NCBI GenBank assembly: GCA_963664395.2
Contig: OY761159.2
Location: 4,736,001-4,800,000 of the forward strand
DNA length: 64,000 bases
Origin: Candidatus Binatia bacterium
Lineage (GTDB): Bacteria > Desulfobacterota > Binatia > Bin18
Direction: 5' to 3'
Shown one piece after another: positions 28,386 to 37,274 of the stretch. The notes under the pieces are model-generated. The model saw only the letters and a program-made list of their open reading frames with translations, was not told the origin of the DNA and searched no databases. The position numbers and the translations under genes were made by a program. Each line of letters opens with the position of its first letter. Positions within the stretch are counted from its first letter, which is position 1.

Positions 28386-29540
28386 GTGCAATCTCACATT
28401 TCGGTGATATTAGACAAAGCGCTTTCAGATGTCGCTTTGTCCGCTGAGGACGGATACCAACTCATCAGCTGCTCAGAGGAGGACTTTCCGGCCCTCCTGG
28501 AGGCGGCGGGGACCTTACGCGACCGCCACAAAGGCCGGACGGTGACCTATTCCCGGAAAGTCTTCCTGCCCGTCACCAATCTGTGTCGGGACCGCTGCTC
28601 GTACTGTACCTTTCGGAAGGACCCGCGCGACCCGGACGCCTGGACCATGAGCCCGGAGGACCTTCAGAGCTGGTTGGAGCGTGCCCAAAAACAGGGCTGT
28701 AAAGAGGCCCTCATGTGCTTGGGCGATAAGCCCGAGAACGCCTTTTCGAGCTATCGGGAAACCCTGGCTCGCTTTGGCCACACCACGACAACAGCCTACG
28801 TCTATCAGGCGTGTGAAATCGCGCTGTCCTACGGCATCCTGCCCCACACCAATGCCGGCGTGCTGAGCTATGACGAAATGAAGTCGCTCAAAGACGTCAA
28901 CGTCAGTCTCGGACTCATGTTGGAAAACATCAGCCCACGGCTGTGTGAGCGCGGCATGGCGCACTTTTCCGCGCCCGACAAACGGCCCGAAGTCCGAGTA
29001 AAAATGATCCGTGAGGCCGGAGAACTGGAGATTCCTTTTACTACGGGCATTCTGATTGGTATCGGGGAAACGCGCGAAGAAGTTGTTGACAGTTTGCTTG
29101 CGATTCGTGACCTGCACGAGGAATACGGTCATATTCAAGAAGTGATTGTTCAGAATTTTCGTGCCAAGCCGAATACCGGAATGGCCGATGCGCCTGAGCC
29201 GGAAAGTTATGAAATGGCCCGAACGGTTGCCGTTGCGCGGCTGCTCTTGGGCGGACCCATGAATGTGCAGGCTCCCCCCAATCTCAGTCCGCATGACCAC
29301 CGACTGCTGTTGCGTGCGGGGATTAACGACTGGGGCGGTATTTCGCCGGTTTCGATCGATTATGTCAATCCAGAGGCGGCCTGGCCGCATCTCAATTTAT
29401 TAGCAAAGACGTGTACTGAAGCAGGCTTTACCCTACGAGAGCGTTTGGCTATTTACGAAGAGTATATAGACCGACCAGGCTTCCTCTTGCCGGCGTTACA
29501 GCCGCGTACCCGCGAGTTGCAAGCCGCAGTGACGGCCTGA
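28386..29540 (+). CDS. cofG: FO synthase subunit CofG
   Basis: TYSRKVFLP.T.LCRDRCSYCTF radical-SAM motif, PFTTGILIGIGE, QNFRAKP, QAPPNL, GINDWGG; GTG start downstream of the promoter (ORF extends to 28323). Confidence 0.95.
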   Translation: MQSHISVILDKALSDVALSAEDGYQLISCSEEDFPALLEAAGTLRDRHKGRTVTYSRKVFLPVTNLCRDRCSYCTFRKDPRDPDAWTMSPEDLQSWLERAQKQGCKEALMCLGDKPENAFSSYRETLARFGHTTTTAYVYQACEIALSYGILPHTNAGVLSYDEMKSLKDVNVSLGLMLENISPRLCERGMAHFSAPDKRPEVRVKMIREAGELEIPFTTGILIGIGETREEVVDSLLAIRDLHEEYGHIQEVIVQNFRAKPNTGMADAPEPESYEMARTVAVARLLLGGPMNVQAPPNLSPHDHRLLLRAGINDWGGISPVSIDYVNPEAAWPHLNLLAKTCTEAGFTLRERLAIYEEYIDRPGFLLPALQPRTRELQAAVTA

Positions 29541-29599
29541 TTTTCGCATCCGAGAGTACAAAGAAAAGCTCAAATCTTCGAGCGTAAGGAGACCCAGCC

Positions 29600-30886
29600 G
29601 TGGCAACCCATAACATTGCCGGCATCCTTGACCACATTGACCCGCAGATTAGCACCATCCTGCATCGGGCCTTGGAAGGTGAAGAGATCTCTTGGCAAGA
29701 CGGCCTCCAGGTATGCCAGACCAGTGGCATTAATTTTCACGCAGTTTGTCTGGTCGCCGACGAAATGCGGCGCCGCCAAGTCGGTGAGGTGGTGACCTAT
29801 GTTGTCAACCGCAATATCAACTTCACCAATGTGTGTATTAAGCACTGCACGTTCTGCGCCTTCAGCCGGGAGTATCGTGAGGAAGAAGGCTATTTCCTGC
29901 CCGAGGAGGAGATCATTCGGCGGGCCCAAGAGGCAGTTGACATGGGCGCAACCGAGGTCTGCATGCAAGCCGGCCTGCCGCCCAAGATGAACGGCAGCCT
30001 CTATATCGACCTGACCCGAGCCGTGAAGAAAGCATTTCCGGACCTCCATATCCACGCGTTTTCGCCCGAAGAAGTATTGTATGGATCGCTTCGTTCAGGG
30101 GTCTCTATTCTCGAGTATATACGGGAACTCAAAAACGCCGGTCTAGACACCCTGCCCGGCACTTCAGCGGAAATTCTGGATCAGGAAATCCGCGATATCA
30201 TAGCTCCAGGGCGCATTTCGACCAAACAATGGATCGAGGTCATGACCTCGGCCCATAGTCTCGGTATCCCGACCACATCAACCATTATGTATGGCCATAT
30301 CGAGACGCCCGAACATTGGGTCAAACATATGAACCTGTTGCGGGATATTCAAAAGGAGACCGGCGGGTTTACCGAATTTGTGCCGCTGTCGCTCATCCAC
30401 CAGGAAGCGCCTATGTATCAACGCAAACTCGTCAAAGGGGTCCGCGAGGGAGCAACCGGCGCGGAGGTCATTAAGATGCATGCGGTTGCCCGGCTGATGC
30501 TGGGCCCCACCTTCCGCAATATTCAGTCCTCCTGGGTCAAAGAGGGCCCCAAGATGTCGCAATATTTGCTGACAGTGGGAGCGAATGACCTGGGTGGAAC
30601 GCTCATCAACGAGAGTATTTCGACCTCAGCCGGTGCGCAGTACGGCCAGCTCGTTCCACCCAAAGAGTTGCGGCGCTTGATCCGCGACGTTGGCCGCACC
30701 CCGGCCGAACGTTCTACGACCTATAAGCTGCGGACGGTCTTTAACGGGACTGACGACAAATTAAGTCCCTTAGATATGGTTGAGAATGCAGATGAGCAAT
30801 TCGGCTCCTACCGGAAGCTCGCCGCCTCAGACCAGTTCCGTTACGTTCATCCATTCGAGCGGGACAAGCAAGAAACCGCCCACTAA
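29600..30886 (+). CDS. cofH: FO synthase subunit CofH
   Basis: VTYVVNRNINFTNVC...CTFCAF, HIHAFSP, PGTSAEIL, GGFTEFVPL, NIQSSWVK. Confidence 0.93.
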   Translation: MATHNIAGILDHIDPQISTILHRALEGEEISWQDGLQVCQTSGINFHAVCLVADEMRRRQVGEVVTYVVNRNINFTNVCIKHCTFCAFSREYREEEGYFLPEEEIIRRAQEAVDMGATEVCMQAGLPPKMNGSLYIDLTRAVKKAFPDLHIHAFSPEEVLYGSLRSGVSILEYIRELKNAGLDTLPGTSAEILDQEIRDIIAPGRISTKQWIEVMTSAHSLGIPTTSTIMYGHIETPEHWVKHMNLLRDIQKETGGFTEFVPLSLIHQEAPMYQRKLVKGVREGATGAEVIKMHAVARLMLGPTFRNIQSSWVKEGPKMSQYLLTVGANDLGGTLINESISTSAGAQYGQLVPPKELRRLIRDVGRTPAERSTTYKLRTVFNGTDDKLSPLDMVENADEQFGSYRKLAASDQFRYVHPFERDKQETAH

Positions 30887-30901
30887 TCTGGAGGCGGAGG
30901 A

Positions 30902-31903
30902 GTGCCCTCCGCCCGTTCGACCGTGTCTACAGCCAACTCCTTACGCCTCACCGCCTTAGCCGGCGGTGTGGGAGCCGCGCGATTCCTGCGTGGGGTCGTC
31001 CGTATTATCCCGCCGGCAAACCTGAGCGTTATCGTGAATACAGGCGATGACGAAGAATTCTTCGGCCTCTCAGTTTCTCCTGACCTGGACACGGTGACCT
31101 ATACCTTAGCCAATGCCGTTGAGCCTGAAAAAGGCTGGGGCTTACCCCAGGAGACCTATCGCTGCCTTGAGGCACTCGGGCGCTATTATTCCGACACCTG
31201 GTTTGGCTTAGGCGATGCTGACCTCGCAACCCACCTGTTTCGTACCCAAGAGCTGCGCCAGGGGAGGACACTCAGCCAGGTGACCGCCGAGATTGCTCTG
31301 AAGTGGGGCGTTGAAGCAACCCTGCTTCCCATGAGTAATGAGCGCGTTCGGACCATTGTTCATACTGAGGCCGGCGCCCTGCCCTTTCAAGAATATTTCG
31401 TGAAACAGCGCAGTGAGGGGCAGGTCTCGAAAGTTGAATTCAGCGGCATTGAAACGTCCCATGCCGCGCCCGGCGTCGTCGAGGCCATTCACAGCGCCGA
31501 TCTGGTTATTCTCCCGCCGAGCAATCCGATTGTCAGCATCGGGCCAATTATTTCCCTACCGGGCGTGCGCCAGGCCCTTCAAGAAACCGCAGCCCCCGTG
31601 GCAGCCATCAGCCCCTTAGTCGCCGGGAAGCCCATCAAAGGACCGGCCGATCGTATGCTTGCCGGCCTGGGGATCGAAGTCTCGTCTGTTGGGATCGCCG
31701 AGCTGTATCAGGATTTTGTGGATACCTTTGTGCTCGATCAGCAAGATATGCAGCACGACCCAGCACCACGCGAACGCCTGGAAAAAATGGGGCTGGCTGT
31801 TATTGTCACCGATACCGTCATGAGTGATATGGACAAGTCGGTTGCGCTGGCACGAACGGTTATTGAGTTTGCCCATCAGAAACGCCCCACAGCGGTGACA
31901 TAA
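30902..31903 (+). CDS. cofD: 2-phospho-L-lactate/PEP transferase CofD (FbiA)
   Basis: LAGGVGAARF, VNTGDD, SPDLDT, WFGLGDAD, FQEYFV, PSNP.VSI, KGPA. Confidence 0.95.
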   Translation: MPSARSTVSTANSLRLTALAGGVGAARFLRGVVRIIPPANLSVIVNTGDDEEFFGLSVSPDLDTVTYTLANAVEPEKGWGLPQETYRCLEALGRYYSDTWFGLGDADLATHLFRTQELRQGRTLSQVTAEIALKWGVEATLLPMSNERVRTIVHTEAGALPFQEYFVKQRSEGQVSKVEFSGIETSHAAPGVVEAIHSADLVILPPSNPIVSIGPIISLPGVRQALQETAAPVAAISPLVAGKPIKGPADRMLAGLGIEVSSVGIAELYQDFVDTFVLDQQDMQHDPAPRERLEKMGLAVIVTDTVMSDMDKSVALARTVIEFAHQKRPTAVT

Positions 31904-31936
31904 AGTCACGCTCACACAGATGTTTGAGGACCTCGC

Positions 31937-32689
31937 ATGAGTACGATTGCCATTATCCCCATTCCCGGCGTTCCTCAGATCAAGCCTGGCGATGACCTGC
32001 CCGCCATCTTGCTCAAAGCCATTGATGACGCCAAAGTCGGCCTCAAAGACGGAGACATTTTGGTCATGTGCCAGAAGATCGTCTCCAAAGCCGAAGGCGC
32101 TGTCATTGACCTCAAGACAGTCACCCCCTCGCCGTTTGCCACACAAATTGCGGACATGTGGGAGAAAGACCCGCGCATGGTCGAGGTTGTGCTGACTGAG
32201 AGTAGTCGGATTGTCCGCATGAAAAACGGCGTGGTCATCACCGAGAGCAAACACGGCTGGGTGTGCGCCAACTCCGGCGTTGACGCCTCCAACACCATTG
32301 CCGACGACGTCGTCATTCTCCTGCCGAAAGACCCGGACGCTTCAGCCCGGAATATTCGCCTGGCAATTGAGCAGCAGCGACACATCTCTATTGGCGTCAT
32401 TATTACCGATACGTTTGGCCGGCCGTGGCGCGATGGCTTGGTCGAATTCGCCCTCGGCGTTTCAGGTCTTGACCCGCTCGACGATCAACGCGGCGAGGAA
32501 GACCTCCAGGGTCGCGAACTGCATCATACGGTCATTGCCGTGGCTGACGAACTCGCCGCGGCTGCCGGCCTGCTGATGGAAAAGAGCGCCGCCATGCCGG
32601 CCGTTCTGATACGTGGCTATCAATTCAAACCAGCCGATGTCGGTAGCGAGTCCCTCAAACGCCCGGCAGACACGGATTTGTTTCGGTAG
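31937..32689 (+). CDS. cofE: coenzyme F420-0:gamma-glutamyl ligase CofE (stand-alone)
   Basis: QKIVSKAEG, ANSGVDASN, PKDPDASA, ITDTFGRPWR.G, DELAAAA, DLFR end; no fused nitroreductase domain. Confidence 0.95.
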   Translation: MSTIAIIPIPGVPQIKPGDDLPAILLKAIDDAKVGLKDGDILVMCQKIVSKAEGAVIDLKTVTPSPFATQIADMWEKDPRMVEVVLTESSRIVRMKNGVVITESKHGWVCANSGVDASNTIADDVVILLPKDPDASARNIRLAIEQQRHISIGVIITDTFGRPWRDGLVEFALGVSGLDPLDDQRGEEDLQGRELHHTVIAVADELAAAAGLLMEKSAAMPAVLIRGYQFKPADVGSESLKRPADTDLFR

Positions 32690-32728
32690 AGTGCTTCACG
32701 CCAGGCTGTAGCCATGCTGTTCCGCTCT

Positions 32729-32757
32729 CGTCATGCCGGACGTTATCCGGCATCCAG
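32729..32757. repeat. REP-like palindrome of the CGTC-headed type
   Basis: CGTC-ATGCCGGA-cgtta-TCCGGCAT-CCAG; single copy in the window. Confidence 0.55.
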
Positions 32758-32818
32758 AGACTGACGGCAGCTCTCCCCAGATTGTTCTTGCACGGACGGA
32801 AAGAAGAGGTGCTGGCGC

Positions 32819-35248
32819 ATGGCCCTGAAGAAGTCCCAACTCTACTCCTCACTCTGGCAGAGCTGCGACGAGCTGCGCGGCGGCATGGATGCCTCGCAGT
32901 ACAAGGACTACATCCTGACGCTGCTGTTCATGAAGTATGTATCGGACAAGCCCGATACGCTTCTCGACGTGCCCGCCGGGGGCAGTTTTGCCGACATGGT
33001 GCAACTCAAGGGCGACAAGGAGATTGGCGACAAGATCAACAAAATCATCGCCCGGCTCGCCGAGGCCAACGACCTCAAGGGTGTCATTGACCAGGCCGAC
33101 TTCAACGACGAGACCAAGCTTGGCAGCGGCAAGGAGATGCAGGACCGACTCTCCAAGCTGGTCGCCATCTTCGCCGCGCTCGACTTCCGCGCCAACCGGG
33201 CCGAGGGCGACGACCTGCTGGGCGACGCCTACGAGTACCTGATGCGACACTTCGCCACCGAGTCCGGCAAGAGCAAGGGGCAGTTCTACACCCCGGCCGA
33301 GGTCTCGCGCATCATGGCGCAGGTGGTCGGCATCAGCGCCGACACCCGCCCGGACCAGACGATCTACGACCCCACCTGTGGTTCGGGCTCGCTGCTGCTC
33401 AAGGCCGCTGACGAGGCGCCGCACGGTATCAGCGTCTACGGCCAGGAGATGGACAACGCTACCTGGGCGCTGGCGCGAATGAATATGATCCTGCACAGCC
33501 ACGAAACCGCCGAGGTATGGCAGGGCAACACCCTGGCTGCCCCCTATTTCACGAACGGCGCCGACAGCCTCAAGACCTTCGACTTCGCCGTCGCCAATCC
33601 CCACTTCTCAGCCAAAGCCTGGTCCAACGGGCTCGATCCGGCCAACGACACATACAAGCGTTTCGAGTACGGCATTCCCCCGGCCAAGAATGGCGATTAC
33701 GCCTTTCTGCTCCACCTCATCACGTCACTCAAGAGCACCGGCAAGGGCGCGATCATCCTGCCCCACGGCGTGCTGTTTCGCGGCAATAAGGAGGCCGATA
33801 TCCGCCGGAAGCTCATACAGCGCGGCCTTATCAAGGGCATCATCGGCCTGCCCGCCAACCTTTTCTACGGTACCGGCATCCCTGCCTGCATCTTGGTCAT
33901 TGACAAGGAGCACGCCTCCACCCGTACCGGCATCTTCATGATCGACGCGAGCAAAGGCTTCCTCAAAGACGGCAACAAAAACCGCCTGCGCGCTCAGGAC
34001 ATCCACCAGATCGTGGACGTGTTTACCAAGCAGACCGAAGTCCCTCGCTATTCCCGCATGGTGCCGATAGACGAGATCGCCAGCCCCGCCAATGACTACA
34101 ACCTCAACATCCCGCGCTATATTGACTCCAGCGAACCCGAGGACCTGCACGACCTCGACGCGCATCTGCACGGCGGCATCCCCAATCGCGACGTTGACGC
34201 GCTCGACGCCTACTGGTCTGTCTTTCCATCCCTGCGCCACGATCTCTTCGTAGACAACGGCCGAGCCGGTTACAGTGAAGCACGCTTCGAGACGCAACAG
34301 GTGAAAGCCGCCATTCTCGGCCACGACGAGTTCAAATCTTACGGGCAGCGGGTCGCGGCCATCTTCGACACGTGGCGCGAGGCCCACGAACCCGCTCTCA
34401 TAGGACTTGAGACAGGAGCCAATCCCAAGAACATCATTCGTACTCTGTCGGAAAACCTGCTGGCGCGCTTTACCGACCTGCCGTTACTCAACCGGTATGA
34501 TGTGTACCAGCGGCTGATGGACTATTGGGACGAGGTGATGCAGGACGATGTGTATCTCATCGCTACGGACGGTTGGACCGAAGCGGCCAAACCGCGCGGT
34601 ATCATTGAGGACAAAGAAAAGAAAATCAAAGAGACCCCGGACCTGACCATCAAGCGCAAGAAGTACAAGATGGACCTGATTCCCCCGACCTTAGTTATTG
34701 CGCGTTACTTTGCCACGGAGCAGACAGCCCTCGAAGCGCTCCAGGCCGAGCAAGACTCCGCCACCCGTGAACTGGAGGAGTTCGTTGAGGAGCATGCCGG
34801 CGAGGACGGCCTGCTGGCGGACGCCACCAATGACAAAGGCAAGGTCACCAAGGCCAGTGTGAAGGATCGGCTCAAGACCATTCAGGACGCGCCGGAGAGC
34901 GACGAGGAACAGGAAGCCCTCACGCGCTGTCTTGCCCTGATTGAGGCCGAGGCCAACGCCGGCAAGACGGTCAAAGATGCTCAGGAAGAGTTAGACCAGA
35001 AGGTGTTGGACCACTACGCTGCGCTCACCGAAACCGAGATTAAGACGCTGGTGGTCGAAGACAAGTGGTTCGCCAGCATCCGAGCCGCCCTTGAGAGCGA
35101 GGTGCAGCGATTGACTCAGCAACTCGCTGGCCGTGTGAAAGAGTTGGAAGAGCGCTACGCCAGCCCACTACCGGAGTTGGAGCGGGAGGTGGAGGAGTTC
35201 GGCGCAAAAGTCGAAGGCCAGCTGAAGAAGATGGGGCTCTCACTATGA
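32819..35248 (+). CDS. hsdM: type I R-M methyltransferase subunit HsdM (long form; motif IV reads NPHF)
   Basis: GQFYTP, YDPTCGSGSLL, YGQE, FDFAVANPHF, LPHGVLFRG, YNLNIPRYI. Confidence 0.95.
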   Translation: MALKKSQLYSSLWQSCDELRGGMDASQYKDYILTLLFMKYVSDKPDTLLDVPAGGSFADMVQLKGDKEIGDKINKIIARLAEANDLKGVIDQADFNDETKLGSGKEMQDRLSKLVAIFAALDFRANRAEGDDLLGDAYEYLMRHFATESGKSKGQFYTPAEVSRIMAQVVGISADTRPDQTIYDPTCGSGSLLLKAADEAPHGISVYGQEMDNATWALARMNMILHSHETAEVWQGNTLAAPYFTNGADSLKTFDFAVANPHFSAKAWSNGLDPANDTYKRFEYGIPPAKNGDYAFLLHLITSLKSTGKGAIILPHGVLFRGNKEADIRRKLIQRGLIKGIIGLPANLFYGTGIPACILVIDKEHASTRTGIFMIDASKGFLKDGNKNRLRAQDIHQIVDVFTKQTEVPRYSRMVPIDEIASPANDYNLNIPRYIDSSEPEDLHDLDAHLHGGIPNRDVDALDAYWSVFPSLRHDLFVDNGRAGYSEARFETQQVKAAILGHDEFKSYGQRVAAIFDTWREAHEPALIGLETGANPKNIIRTLSENLLARFTDLPLLNRYDVYQRLMDYWDEVMQDDVYLIATDGWTEAAKPRGIIEDKEKKIKETPDLTIKRKKYKMDLIPPTLVIARYFATEQTALEALQAEQDSATRELEEFVEEHAGEDGLLADATNDKGKVTKASVKDRLKTIQDAPESDEEQEALTRCLALIEAEANAGKTVKDAQEELDQKVLDHYAALTETEIKTLVVEDKWFASIRAALESEVQRLTQQLAGRVKELEERYASPLPELEREVEEFGAKVEGQLKKMGLSL

Positions 35249-35331
35249 GTCGAGAATCCGATTTCGAGCGTCTTGTCGAGCTGTGTTGGCTAACCCACAA
35301 GGGATACTACGCCTGCCCATCGAGGGGGTAG
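35245..35331 (+). pseudogene. 28-aa coupled ORF, possibly a DUF1016/YhcG N-terminal remnant
   Basis: ATGA overlap with the hsdM stop; MSRESDFERLVELCWLTH...; its TAG overlaps the next GTG. Resemblance to DUF1016 starts is from memory. Confidence 0.25.
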
Positions 35332-35690
35332 TGTTGAAGTTACCCAATGCACACCAGGCCCGCATAGAGAGGGCCAAGGTCATCAACTATCTGCTTTCAA
35401 CAAGCCACCCCGACGGCCAGAGTAAGGCGGCCTTCTTCTCACGTTTCGGGTTTGAGGCGGGGCAATGGCAAAGTTTTGCTGAGGCACTGCGCGATCACGG
35501 AGCAAATAATGAAATCACCGAGATGACAGTGTCGAACTACGGGACACGCTACAGCGTCAATGGTATTATCGAAACGCCCGATGGACGGAACCCCTATGTG
35601 AGGACGGTGTGGATTATTGACACAGCGGACAGCGAGCCACGGCTCGTCACCGCGTATCCGCTCAGGAGGGAGAATGCTCGAAGAACATGA
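35331..35690 (+). CDS. DUF6883 family protein (predicted RNase-type toxin)
   Basis: KLPNA..A.I...K...YLLS.SHPDG.SKA.FF.RFGF...VRTVWII...PRLVTAYP. Confidence 0.75.
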   Translation: MLKLPNAHQARIERAKVINYLLSTSHPDGQSKAAFFSRFGFEAGQWQSFAEALRDHGANNEITEMTVSNYGTRYSVNGIIETPDGRNPYVRTVWIIDTADSEPRLVTAYPLRRENARRT

Positions 35691-35907
35691 CCGTGTCGTG
35701 CTCACGGATGATATTTCCGAGACGGACTTGAAGGCCGGAGATGTCGGAACGATTGTCCATGTCTATCCCAACGCAGAAGCTTTCGAGGTGGAATTCCTGG
35801 CTCTCGACGGCAACACCGCAGCGCTGGCCACGGTGTTGCCGTCCCAGGTGCGCCCGGTCGCCCACACGGACATCACCCATGCGAGAGAGATCAGGATAAA
35901 CGGCTGA
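35674..35907 (+). CDS. DUF4926 family protein (SH3-like, predicted antitoxin/immunity)
   Basis: EHDRVVL..D....LKAGDVGTIVHVY....FEVEF...DGNT; ATG after AGGAGG. Confidence 0.85.
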   Translation: MLEEHDRVVLTDDISETDLKAGDVGTIVHVYPNAEAFEVEFLALDGNTAALATVLPSQVRPVAHTDITHAREIRING

Positions 35908-37220
35908 ATGGCAACGACTCCCTATGATCCCTTTCGTATAAATAACGTTGCGAGTGAAGTGCAGCGGCCAGCCCAGCAACTCGCCGGGTGCGGCAAGGGG
36001 AATGAAGCGCCCGTCATTCCCCCTGGCTACAAGCAGACTGAGATGGGGGTCTTCCCGACTGGCAGGTAGTTGATGTCGGTGACCTGAACCCGTTTGTCAA
36101 GCGGCTCGGTGGGCACGTTTCTACGCTGAGAAGGCGCCCCGTTTATCCGAATAAGTAATCTCATCGGCAGTCAATCGATCTGGATTACAAATCTAAAGAC
36201 GGTCGCTATGCCACAGGGAAACGCCAGCGTCACGAACACAGGCAGGGGGGATACTGATCTCAATAACTGCTGACATCGGGATCGTTGGTATTGTAATTCG
36301 CCGTGTCCAAGCCCGCATACATGAATCAGCACTGCACTGACTCGATTTGACAAGACTCTCGTGTGCGTCCGTTTCGTGATGGATTCGCTCGCCTCTGAAA
36401 GGCCGCAGCGGCTTTTCGTTACATCGAACATTGGCGCCAAGGCCGGGATGAGCTTACTAGTTCGAAAATCCGACTCGCTCCACCATTTCCCGAACAACGC
36501 GCCATCGCCGAGGCGTTGTCGGATGGGGATCAATTGCTCGGGTCGTTGGAGAAGTTGATCGCCAAGAAGCGGGCCATCAAGCAGGCCGCCATGCAGCAAC
36601 TCCTTACCGGCAAGACCCGTCTGCCGGGGTTTAGCGGGGATTGGGAAACGAAGCGGCTTGAGAACATTATCGACTGTCTCGATCATGTTCGCGTACCTTT
36701 AAATGAAACTCAGCGAGCGAGAATGCCGGGTCCTTATCCATATTGCGGTGCCAACGGAGTCCTTGATTACGTGAACGACTTCATTCTTGATGATGACGTG
36801 GTTCTAATTGCTGAGGATGGTGGGTACTTTGACGAGTATGTTCGTCGGCCAATAGCTTATCGTATGTCAGGAAAGATCTGGGTGAACAACCACGCACATA
36901 TTCTCAGAGCCAAGCCTGAGTACAGTCAGGGATTTCTCTATTTCTCCCTAGTACATAAGAATATCCTGCCTTACCTAGCTAGTGGAACTCGTGCGAAACT
37001 CAACAAATCTGAGATGAATAAGATCGAGATACTCCTTCCACTCGACAATACGGAACAAAAGGCCATCGCTACCATCCTCTCCGACATGGACGCCGAAATC
37101 GCCGCGCTAGAGCAGCGCCGGGACAAGACGCGCGCCATCAAACAGGGCATGATGCAGCAGCTCCTCACTGGTCGAGTACGGCTGGTAAGCGTTCGGGAAG
37201 GAAATGACCATGCCTCCTGA
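35908..37220 (+). pseudogene. hsdS: type I R-M specificity subunit HsdS; 5' half broken by many small deletions, 3' half intact
   Basis: IPPGYKQTEMGV, FIRISNL, LISITADIG, AYMNQH, EQRAIAEALSD occur in shifting frames; 36516..37220 is clean (KKRAIKQAAMQQLLTGKTRL, TRD2, EQKAIATILSDMD...MQQLLTG). Confidence 0.85.
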
Positions 37221-37274
37221 GCCTTTGGAATCCGCACGTCGAGCCGCCGAAAAGAGCGACCAAGGGGAAGAGAC

